This document shows positions 7,436-14,919 of a DNA stretch of 32,000 bases, piece after piece. Every line of letters begins with the position of its first letter. Positions within the stretch are counted from its first letter, which is position 1. Under the pieces are notes generated by a model that was not told the DNA's origin, ran no database searches, and was given only the letters and a program-made list of their open reading frames with translations. A program made the translations under genes and the position numbers. Where the stretch lies: assembly GCF_000023965.1 (NCBI RefSeq), contig NC_013201.1:90001-122000 (forward strand), read 5' to 3'. The stretch comes from Halomicrobium mukohataei DSM 12286 (GTDB lineage: Archaea; Halobacteriota; Halobacteria; Halobacteriales; Haloarculaceae).

Positions 7436-7867
7436 ATGGGCCGACTCAGCACGTCCACACAATCCGTCGCCTTTCTCGTGATCTTCGCTGCCAGTCTCAT
7501 TATCGGGTTCTTCGTCGCGATGGCGGTCGACGTTCTCGGCCTCTCGCTCGGTCCCGCACAGACCAGTCTGGCTGGCGCGATCACCAGTGTCGTTCTCGTC
7601 AGCGCCACGTTGGTCGCGCTCTACGGAATCCCACCGTGGCGTTCCGAGCGTCCGACTCCCGACGTCGATATCGACGAGTTCGAGACAGCGGCTGGGAGTA
7701 CAGCGGCGACCGACGAAGCGACTGAGACTCCCCAGTCTATCACCTGTCCCAACTGCGGGACGGAGTTCGACCCGTCGGCCGCGTCGGTCGGCGACCGCTG
7801 TGAGGCGTGTGGCGACGGCTACCTGACGAGAGCCGGCGACAGGGTGGTGCTCGATGACGCCGAGTGA
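7436..7867 (+). CDS. Small membrane protein: two predicted TM helices plus C-terminal zinc ribbon
   Basis: Two hydrophobic stretches are present: VAFLVIFAASLIIGFFVAMAVDVLGL and LAGAITSVVLVSATLVALYGI. They are followed by an acidic linker and CPNCG...CEACG (Cys codons at 7745, 7799 and 7808). A TATA-like tttatta lies ~30 nt upstream. The 3' end overlaps the next gene by 14 nt. Confidence 0.65.
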   Translation: MGRLSTSTQSVAFLVIFAASLIIGFFVAMAVDVLGLSLGPAQTSLAGAITSVVLVSATLVALYGIPPWRSERPTPDVDIDEFETAAGSTAATDEATETPQSITCPNCGTEFDPSAASVGDRCEACGDGYLTRAGDRVVLDDAE

Positions 7868-8738
7868 CTCTGTCCCGGAGCGGATCCCGGACGTGCCGCC
7901 GATCTCCGTCGACCTCTCGGCGGAGCTCGACGTGCTGTCGTTCGAGCTCGCAGACAGGATTGCGACGGGAGCCAACGGCGAGGTGTACCGCCAGTCGCTC
8001 TCCGATGGCACCGCGATCGCCGTCAAGGTGCCCGATAGCTCGGGGACGATCACCGACGGACGGATCGATCGCATCCTCGACGAAGCGGAGGACTGGGCCG
8101 AGTTCGAGGCCAACGAGTACGTCGTCAGCCTCGTCGACTACGGGATCGACGACGGCCAGCCCTGGATCGCCATGGAGTACATGGATCGAGGCCATCTCGG
8201 CGACTTCCTCGATCGGGGCGGGGTCCAGTCGCTCTGTCACGGGCTCTGGATCGCTCGGTGTATCGCGAGCGGCATCGAGGAGGCCCACTACCGCGGCACC
8301 GCTCACAGGGACATCAAACCACAGAACGTCCTCTTTCGGACCGTCGAGAACGGCTGGAACGTCCCGAAGGTCGGCGACTGGGGGACCGCCAGCACGCTCC
8401 GCAGTTCGAGTGAGACGATCGGTGAGTACACGCCGCGCTACGCCGCGCCGGAACAGCACGCCCGGCAGGTCGAGACGCGCAACCAGAAGATGGTCGATGT
8501 CTTCCAGTTCGGCATCGTGCTCTTCTTGCTCTTTACCGGGAAGCACCCGTACGGACGGACGACGAAACGGGCCGGCGACGCCGAGCCACCGCACCCCTCG
8601 GAGGTCCGCCCCGGCATCCCGCGGGCGCTCGAAGAGGTGATCCGCCGGTGTCTGAATCCGGAGCCCGAGGACCGATACGAGGACATCAGGCCGGTCTTGC
8701 ACCGTCTCGACGAGTTCTGGGACGCGCTGTGTGGCTAG
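7854..8738 (+). CDS. Short Hanks-type Ser/Thr protein kinase (kinase domain only)
   Basis: Kinase motifs are GANGEVY (Gly loop), IAVKV, WIAMEYMDRG, HRDIKPQNVLF, DWGTAS and YAAPEQ. The start ATG lies inside the end of the upstream membrane-protein gene. Confidence 0.85.
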   Translation: MTPSDSVPERIPDVPPISVDLSAELDVLSFELADRIATGANGEVYRQSLSDGTAIAVKVPDSSGTITDGRIDRILDEAEDWAEFEANEYVVSLVDYGIDDGQPWIAMEYMDRGHLGDFLDRGGVQSLCHGLWIARCIASGIEEAHYRGTAHRDIKPQNVLFRTVENGWNVPKVGDWGTASTLRSSSETIGEYTPRYAAPEQHARQVETRNQKMVDVFQFGIVLFLLFTGKHPYGRTTKRAGDAEPPHPSEVRPGIPRALEEVIRRCLNPEPEDRYEDIRPVLHRLDEFWDALCG

Positions 8739-8789
8739 GCGCGCCTGTGTGCAGTTTTATGGTCGCCGACGCGCATCGTTGGGTCGTCT

Positions 8790-11177
8790 ATGGGTGATCG
8801 AGAGCCGACGCTCGACCGCGTCCGGAGTCCGCCCCGGCGGGACCTCTCTGCGGATCTCGTTCGGTCCGGTGAACTGATCGACCGGGGCGGCAACGCGCTC
8901 GTCTCCGTTGCTGCCCTCTCGGACGAACGGTCGCCCGACCGGATCGCGGTCAAAGAACCGCTGGCTCCGGGGACGCTCGAAAACGACGAGATCGAGCGGT
9001 TCCTCTCGCAGGCCGAGACGTGGGAGACGGTCGACCGCATCGAGCGAGAACGCCCGCGATGGCGGGACTCGGAGCACGTCGTCGGCGTCGTCGACACCGG
9101 CGAGCGCCTGCCCTGGATCGCGATGGAGTACATGGACGGCGGCACGCTCGCGGACCGCCTGGCGGCCGTGGACGGCGGGCTCCCGACCCTAGAGGTGCTG
9201 TGGATCGGCGAGTGTGTCTGTCGCGGCGTCGCGGTCGCTCACAGCCTGGGGATCGCACATCTCGATCTCAAGCCGGCGAACGTTCTCTTTCGCTCGACGC
9301 CCGACGGCGTCTGGGACGTTCCGAAGGTCGCCGATTGGGGACTCGCCCGCGTGCTGGCCGATCAGACCGGCACGGTCGAGGGGCTCTCGCCCGCCTACGC
9401 CGCGCCCGAGCAGTTCGAGCCCGGGGAGTTCGGCGAGCCCGACACGCTGACGGACATCTACCAGGTCGGGACGATCCTGTACGAGCTCCTGACCGGGACA
9501 CCGATCGCGCCCGAGAGCCGCTTCCAGGCCATGCAGGTTGCGATGTCCTCAGACCCCGTGTCGCCTCCCAGCGCCGAACGGCCCGCGCTCTCTCCGGCGG
9601 TCGACGCCGTCGTGTCGAGCGCGCTCGAACGGGACAAGACGGATCGCTACAGCGCGATTCCGGTGATGGCAGACGCGCTCCGGGCCGTCCGTACCGGCGG
9701 CGACCTGCCACCGATCGTCGGCGACCGTCTCGACGGCCGGTCAGAACGAACCGGGGACGCCCGCCCGGAGCGAACAGACACGTCGACGCCGCCAGCCCCG
9801 GAGCGCGACGACGAGCGGGCGGCGACGAACGACGGGGGTGCCGGCGACCCGGAACTGGTCGAGCGAGTGACCGACTACGACAACTACGGGTCGTACTCCG
9901 CCTCGCCCGGCGATCACGACGGCGTCACGACTGGGCGGTCCGACGGGCACGCGGACGACGAAGCGTCGTCGGACGACCCGCGAACCCATCCGGCCTCAGA
10001 AAGCGAATCGATGGCCGACCGCGTCGCCGCCTACGAGAACCACCGCTCGGTCAACGCCTCGCCCGGCGACCACACCGCCGTCGCTGCCGAGTCGACGAAC
10101 GGCGCTCGCGAACCTCGGGCGGCGTCCGGTCTGCCCCCTCGGACCGCTGGGTGGCCAACACTCGGTGGGAACTTCGCACGGACGGGAACGAGCGGCGATC
10201 CCGACGGCCCGGAGAGCGCGGTGTCGGTCGCCTGGACGCACTCGACGCCGGATCTCGTCAAGGTCGCGCCGGCCGTCAGCGACGGGATCGTCTACGCCGG
10301 ACCGGAACGGGGGACTCTGCGCGCACTGGACGCACAGACGGGAGAGACCGTCTGGACGAGCGGACGCCTCCTGGAGACGGCCTCGGCACCGGCCGTCGCC
10401 GACGGGCAGGTCTTTGCCGGCAGCTGGTCCGGTGACCTGTACGCCGTCGATGCTGTGACCGGTGACACGCAGTGGACGTTCGAGACCGGGAGTCACGTGT
10501 ACGGTCCTCCGACGGTCGCTGACGGGACGGTGTACTTCGGCGGCCGAGGCGGCACACTGTACGCGGTCGCGGCCGACTCCGGCGAGCAGCGCTGGCGTGT
10601 CGACTGTGGCGCGATCAAATCGGCACCGACCGTCTCCGGTGGGACCGTCTACGTCGGCACCAAAGCCGAGACCGTCCACGCCGTTGATGCTCACAGCGGT
10701 GAGACCGTGTGGACGTACCAGACGGAGCGACCGGTCTGGTCGTCGCCCGCTGTGGTGGATGGATCCGTGTACGTCGGCTGCTGGGACGATTCGCTGTACG
10801 CGCTCGACCGGTCTACCGGCGACCTCGACTGGCAGTTCGACACCGAGCGTTCGATTCCCGGATCGGTGGCTGTCAGAGACGACTCCTTGTTCGTCGGGAA
10901 CAACGCCAACAACGTGTACGCACTCGATCCCACCAGCGGGGAGAGTCGCTGGCAACAGTCACTCAGCGGGTCGGTCCGGACCGCAGTGGCTGTCCTCGGG
11001 GAGACGCTCATCGCAGGCTGTGCCGACGGCACACTCACCGCGCTCTCGACCACGACTGGCCACCGGCGATGGTCAGTCGATGTCGGTAGCAGTATTCACG
11101 CGTCTCCGGCGGTGGCTGCTGGAACCGTCTATCTCGGGACGGCGGACGGCGTTTACGCGCTGGCGGGCGACGAGTGA
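8790..11177 (+). CDS. Ser/Thr protein kinase fused to a C-terminal PQQ-like beta-propeller
   Basis: The N-terminal kinase has GGNALVSVA, IAVKEP, WIAMEYMDGG, HLDLKPANVLF, DWGLAR and YAAPEQ, and is a close paralogue of 827..2446. It is followed by a ~170-aa acidic linker with no hydrophobic segment. From about residue 450 (WPTLGGNFARTG) there are ~8 blades with VYxGxxxGxLYAxDAxTGExxW. A TATA-like ttttat lies ~30 nt upstream. Confidence 0.9.
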   Translation: MGDREPTLDRVRSPPRRDLSADLVRSGELIDRGGNALVSVAALSDERSPDRIAVKEPLAPGTLENDEIERFLSQAETWETVDRIERERPRWRDSEHVVGVVDTGERLPWIAMEYMDGGTLADRLAAVDGGLPTLEVLWIGECVCRGVAVAHSLGIAHLDLKPANVLFRSTPDGVWDVPKVADWGLARVLADQTGTVEGLSPAYAAPEQFEPGEFGEPDTLTDIYQVGTILYELLTGTPIAPESRFQAMQVAMSSDPVSPPSAERPALSPAVDAVVSSALERDKTDRYSAIPVMADALRAVRTGGDLPPIVGDRLDGRSERTGDARPERTDTSTPPAPERDDERAATNDGGAGDPELVERVTDYDNYGSYSASPGDHDGVTTGRSDGHADDEASSDDPRTHPASESESMADRVAAYENHRSVNASPGDHTAVAAESTNGAREPRAASGLPPRTAGWPTLGGNFARTGTSGDPDGPESAVSVAWTHSTPDLVKVAPAVSDGIVYAGPERGTLRALDAQTGETVWTSGRLLETASAPAVADGQVFAGSWSGDLYAVDAVTGDTQWTFETGSHVYGPPTVADGTVYFGGRGGTLYAVAADSGEQRWRVDCGAIKSAPTVSGGTVYVGTKAETVHAVDAHSGETVWTYQTERPVWSSPAVVDGSVYVGCWDDSLYALDRSTGDLDWQFDTERSIPGSVAVRDDSLFVGNNANNVYALDPTSGESRWQQSLSGSVRTAVAVLGETLIAGCADGTLTALSTTTGHRRWSVDVGSSIHASPAVAAGTVYLGTADGVYALAGDE

Positions 11178-11268
11178 GCGGACGCCTGTCTTCGCTCCGA
11201 TCATTCTGACGCTCGTAACGAACGCGCACAGAGACTGCGCTCCCACTCCGGAGTCGACGGGACGAGCT

Positions 11269-11298
11269 AACTGGAGTCGCTAGCGAGTCGCTCCAGTT
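11269..11298. other. Compound palindrome / hairpin downstream of the kinase-PQQ gene
   Basis: AACTGGAG-TCGCTAGCGA-GTCG-CTCCAGTT has 8-bp outer arms enclosing a perfect 10-bp palindrome (TCGCTAGCGA). It could be a terminator or a protein-binding site. Confidence 0.35.
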
Positions 11299-11299
11299 G

Positions 11300-11466
11300 G
11301 CTTGCTCATGCTGCTGGCCCGTGTGGCTGAGTCTCCCAGCTGGCTGGATTAACTATCTAGATTAGCTAGCTCACTCAGCTGGCTGGCTTAGCTGAGTGAC
11401 TTAGCTGGCTTAGTTGGCCGAGTCGTCTGACTGAGTTTTATAGCTGAGGCGCTCGACTGGGTAGCT
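11300..11466. repeat. Iteron-like short repeat cluster upstream of parA (candidate centromere/operator) including TATA box
   Basis: GCTGGC occurs about seven times (e.g. at 11313, 11339, 11378, 11382 and 11404, plus 11469 just inside parA). AGCTGGCTGG occurs twice, 39 nt apart (11338 and 11377). TAGCTG or TAGCTA occurs at 11363, 11389, 11402, 11441 and 11462. The palindrome ATCTAGAT lies near 11355. The TATA-like ttttata at 11435-11441 is 26 nt before the ATG. Confidence 0.5.
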
Positions 11467-12306
11467 ATGCTGGCTTACACAGTGTACTCGGAAGCCGGCG
11501 GGGTCGGAAAGACGACCCTCGCCGCGAACCTCGCGAAGGCCGAGGTTCGGGCCGGTCGGCGCGTCCTCGTCGTCGATCTCGACACGCAGGAGGCGTCGCT
11601 GTCACATCTGCTCGACGTGGCCGACGATCGGAACAACGATCAGGTAGACAGCCTCTTGCGTCACATGATCGACCGTCCGCGAGGGGACTTCTCGGATCTC
11701 GTCCGGACGAGCGAGGGCATCGACATCGTACCGGCTCACAACATTCTCGAATACGCCTCGAAGCACCTGCGCCGACGCGAGGAGGAGGCCGCGGACTTCG
11801 GGGAGTCGTGGAACCCGAACAAGCAACTCCTCCGGGTCCTGCGGGAGGCCGGCGTCCACGAGACGTACGACACGCTGATCGTCGACCCGCCCGCCAGCGC
11901 CGACATCAAACTCCACAACGCGATCCACGCGACGCGCCACGTCGTCATCCCCTTCGAACCCAGCGGCAAGGGGTACGAGTCCGTGCAGGGACTCGACCAG
12001 CTGGTCGGCGGGCTCGAAGACCAGCTGGACATCGAGGTCGGCGTCCTCGCGGTCGTCCCGAACCGCTACAAGGGGATGAACGACCAGGATCGGTTCCTCG
12101 ACGAGCTGGCGGCCGACGGCTGGGAGCTGCCGATCAAGTTCCGCGAGCGGTCCTCGCTGCTGGAGGGGTGCTGGGCCGAACAATGTACCGCATTCCGCTA
12201 TATCGATGTCCACCGGGAGCGCGAACGCGACCACGAACTGGACACCCTCGAAAAGTACGACGAGCTGGCGGCACACATCCGCGAGATGCGGGCGGTGGAA
12301 GCATGA
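11467..12306 (+). CDS. parA: ParA/Soj-family P-loop ATPase (variant Walker A)
   Basis: The N-terminus MLAYTVYSEAGGVGKTTLAANLA carries the Walker A motif. VLVVDLDTQ and LIVDPPAS (Walker B-like) follow, and the size and layout are typical of small partition ATPases. The signature Lys of KGGxGKT is replaced by Ala (codon 11494-11496). Confidence 0.8.
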   Translation: MLAYTVYSEAGGVGKTTLAANLAKAEVRAGRRVLVVDLDTQEASLSHLLDVADDRNNDQVDSLLRHMIDRPRGDFSDLVRTSEGIDIVPAHNILEYASKHLRRREEEAADFGESWNPNKQLLRVLREAGVHETYDTLIVDPPASADIKLHNAIHATRHVVIPFEPSGKGYESVQGLDQLVGGLEDQLDIEVGVLAVVPNRYKGMNDQDRFLDELAADGWELPIKFRERSSLLEGCWAEQCTAFRYIDVHRERERDHELDTLEKYDELAAHIREMRAVEA

Positions 12307-12764
12307 AGCAGGGTTCGACTGACGATCCGTTCGCCGACGACCCCGACGCCGAGCGAGCGGACACGGCCGACGAACCGACCGACGTAGCGGAAGGCGGCGC
12401 TGCCGACCAGTCGTCGTCGAGCGATCTCGGGAACGACGGACGGACGGGCTCGTCACTCGACCCCGAGCCGTCGAGCCAGCAAAGCGGCCAGCAGTCCGCG
12501 GATCGCCAGTCCGAGGATCAGCACCGCCACTCGCTGCCCTACATCCACGCCCGGGACGGGGTCAAGGACGGCCGGACCCAGCGCCCGGTCTTTCTCAGAG
12601 ACGACGTCGAGGCGGGCATCGACGAACTCGTCGCCACGGTGGAAGCCGAGTTCGGCGAGGACGTGTACAAGACCGACGTGACCGAGGCCGCGATGGTCGT
12701 CGCCCAGGAACACCCGGAGCTCGTCGTCGCGGAACTCGAAGCGTGGGGCTACGGCTGGGACTGA
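12303..12764 (+). CDS. Acidic protein translationally coupled to parA; putative centromere-binding partner
   Basis: The ATG at 12303 overlaps the parA stop (ATGA). The N-terminal ~75 aa is a disordered acidic Ser/Gln-rich region. The C-terminal ~75 aa (RPVFLRDDVEAGIDELVATVEAEFGEDVY...) looks like a strand-helix-helix. The ORF-track entry 11808..12764 is the same frame extended upstream through parA and is Arg/Pro-rich there. Confidence 0.6.
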   Translation: MKQGSTDDPFADDPDAERADTADEPTDVAEGGAADQSSSSDLGNDGRTGSSLDPEPSSQQSGQQSADRQSEDQHRHSLPYIHARDGVKDGRTQRPVFLRDDVEAGIDELVATVEAEFGEDVYKTDVTEAAMVVAQEHPELVVAELEAWGYGWD

Positions 12765-12837
12765 CACTGCTGGCTGTCGCTTCGCTGGGGCGGCGCGTCT
12801 CTCTGACGGCCGACAGTAAGCGCCGACGCTCTCGGGC

Positions 12838-14145
12838 TCACTCCAGCGCCTCGACGGTCTGCTTGCACGCTGGCGGCACGGCCCGCGCGCCGGCCGTCGC
12901 GCGCACGTATCCCTCGACGACGTCGTCGAGGCGCTCGGGCCGAACGTCGCGATCGAACCGAGCGAGCCGCCAGTCCGCGCTCGTCACCTCCCGGGACACG
13001 TCGCTGATGACGGTCCGGGCGAGCGCGGCGTCGCGACCCGTTTCGAGCGCGGTATCGAGCGCGTCGTAGGCCGTCGTCCGCAGTGCTCGCAGTTCGTCGG
13101 CGCTCTCGACGCCGCCGATCTCGCCGGCATCGATCCGTTCTTCGATCCGCTCCAGCGCTCGAAATCTCGCGATGCGGCCGGTCGCGTCGATGACGGCGCT
13201 GGCCGGTCCGCTCGCTTCCTCGACGGTCGTCGGTCCGGCGTCGACCGTCCGACGGAGGTCGCTGACGACGTTTTCGGCGACGCCCCACTCCTCCGGGGTG
13301 GGTTCCGGTGGGAGGTCGGAGCGGCGCGAGCGAACGTCGGCCAGCAGCGTCTCGGCACCGCTGGTGAGCGCGTCCTCGACGTTGCCGGCGTCGGCGGGCA
13401 GCGACTCGGCGAACTGGCTGTCGAGGTGGCGGGCGTCGTCGAGATCGACCCGCGCCGACTCGACGGTCTTGCCCCACTCGGCGACGGTCAGCAGTTCGCC
13501 GTCGCCGTGGATCCGTGGCCCGTCCATCCGGGCGAGCCGATCGAACGCGTCCTCGATCCGGGCGTGTACCAGCGCCGCTCGGACGGGGTCGGTCCCGAGG
13601 TACGTGTGCTCGTCCCAGAACGCGTGGGCGTTCGAGACGATCTCACCGTGCTCGCTGCGGAGGCGTTCGACCGTCAGTCCTCCGTCGGCCATCGCCCAGC
13701 CGGCGGCCGCGTATCTGGCTCGTTCGCGCGCCTCGCCCAGCGCCGTCAGCGCTTCCAGCTCCGTCCGGGCAGTGCGTGCGTCGTCGAGCGCGTCCGTCGC
13801 GTCGCTGGCGCTGTCGGTCAGGCGCTCGCGGACGTACCCGTTGGGGATGTCGTCGGGTCCCATCGGCGTCGGGAGTTCGCCGAGCAACGCGTCGACGCGC
13901 TCGCGGGCCGTCGTGAGGTGCGACGGCGCGATGTCGACGGGCACCGACGGGGCGACGACCGGCGACGGGATCGACTCCCGGTCGAGGTCGGGGAGCTCGT
14001 ACACGCTGATCTGCTCGTCTGTGTCGTCGCTCAGCCCGCCGATCGATTGGCAGCCGGCGACGGCACCCGTCGCGGCCACGGCGAGCAGCCCGCGACGCGT
14101 CAGGCGCTGTCGGTCTGCTGTGCTCCGTGCGTCCTCGCCCATCAC
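12838..14145 (-). CDS. Tat-signal lipoprotein, helical, function unknown
   Basis: The N-terminus reads DRQRLTRRGLLAVAATGAVAGCQS (twin-Arg plus lipobox Cys). The composition is acidic and halophile-like. The start overlaps the stop of the upstream gene by 4 nt. Confidence 0.7.
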   Translation of the reverse strand: MMGEDARSTADRQRLTRRGLLAVAATGAVAGCQSIGGLSDDTDEQISVYELPDLDRESIPSPVVAPSVPVDIAPSHLTTARERVDALLGELPTPMGPDDIPNGYVRERLTDSASDATDALDDARTARTELEALTALGEARERARYAAAGWAMADGGLTVERLRSEHGEIVSNAHAFWDEHTYLGTDPVRAALVHARIEDAFDRLARMDGPRIHGDGELLTVAEWGKTVESARVDLDDARHLDSQFAESLPADAGNVEDALTSGAETLLADVRSRRSDLPPEPTPEEWGVAENVVSDLRRTVDAGPTTVEEASGPASAVIDATGRIARFRALERIEERIDAGEIGGVESADELRALRTTAYDALDTALETGRDAALARTVISDVSREVTSADWRLARFDRDVRPERLDDVVEGYVRATAGARAVPPACKQTVEALE

Positions 14146-14855
14146 CGGTCACCTCCAGTCGACGTGGCTGTGGCGGTTCGTGTCTCACCGTCACTCCCGG
14201 CGCTCGATCCCCCGCCGCTCTCGGCCGCGGCCCGATTCCGTCTCTGACAGCCGGCCGTGCCGATCGACGAGCCGTAGCCACGCACCTCGTCGGCCGAGAG
14301 GCTGTCCGGAATGCGGATGAGTCGCGCTTCGAAGACGTGGTCGTCGACCTCACAGCGCGTATCGTAGGGGAGCTGGGTGCGCGCGTAGTCCGTCGACACC
14401 TCGTCGGGCTGCCACTCGATCCGACACAGTGCCAGCTCGAAGCAGGCTCGGACCTCGACGCTCTCCAGATACAGCGTCTGGCCGTCGAGGTCCGTCTCCG
14501 ACAGGAACGAGTCGAGCCCGTCGGCGTCGACGCCGTCGGCGACCCTGAGCCGTTCCGCCCGGGCCGGCGTGTCGACGACGCTCCGCGAGTGTCGACGCCG
14601 CTCGCGGTGGGACCCGCGCTCTCGCTCGGTCTCGCCGTCTTGATCGGCGAGCCAGAGCGGTGCCTGATCGGTCGCCTCGCGAACGCGGACCATCTCGGGA
14701 TCCGTCGCGGACCCGGTCCCCGGCGCGTCCGTGTCCATTCCGCCCTCGGCCCCTCTCGTTGCCGTCGACTCGCTGGTCGCGCTGCCGTACCCGCTACAGC
14801 CGGCCAGCGCGGCGGCGACCCCCGCGAACGCGGCGAGGGACTCTCGTCTGTTCAT
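14142..14855 (-). CDS. Tat-signal lipoprotein, function unknown
   Basis: The internal ATG at 14855 gives MNRRESLAAFAGVAAALAGCSGYGS (twin-Arg plus lipobox). The ORF-track extension to 15032 overlaps the kinase gene and is Arg-rich, so I rejected it. Confidence 0.65.
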   Translation of the reverse strand: MNRRESLAAFAGVAAALAGCSGYGSATSESTATRGAEGGMDTDAPGTGSATDPEMVRVREATDQAPLWLADQDGETERERGSHRERRRHSRSVVDTPARAERLRVADGVDADGLDSFLSETDLDGQTLYLESVEVRACFELALCRIEWQPDEVSTDYARTQLPYDTRCEVDDHVFEARLIRIPDSLSADEVRGYGSSIGTAGCQRRNRAAAESGGGSSAGSDGETRTATATSTGGDR

Positions 14856-14919
14856 GCAGTCGCTTGCAGTAACCGACACAAGAGAGCGGCGGTGACTCCA
14901 ATCTCGCTTTGAGCGACGC

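Noticed and set aside
11300-11466. Possible CRISPR array or MITE in the repeat-rich parA leader
   Set aside because: The repeats are only 6-10 nt long, irregularly spaced and overlapping. There is no 25-40-nt repeat/spacer periodicity and no terminal inverted repeats. They are better explained as iterons or operator sites.
11808-12302. Upstream extension of the ParA-partner ORF (track entry 11808..12764, 318 aa)
   Set aside because: The extension overlaps parA out of frame and is Arg/Pro/Gly-rich. An ATG at 12303 that overlaps the parA stop (ATGA) gives a sensible acidic protein.
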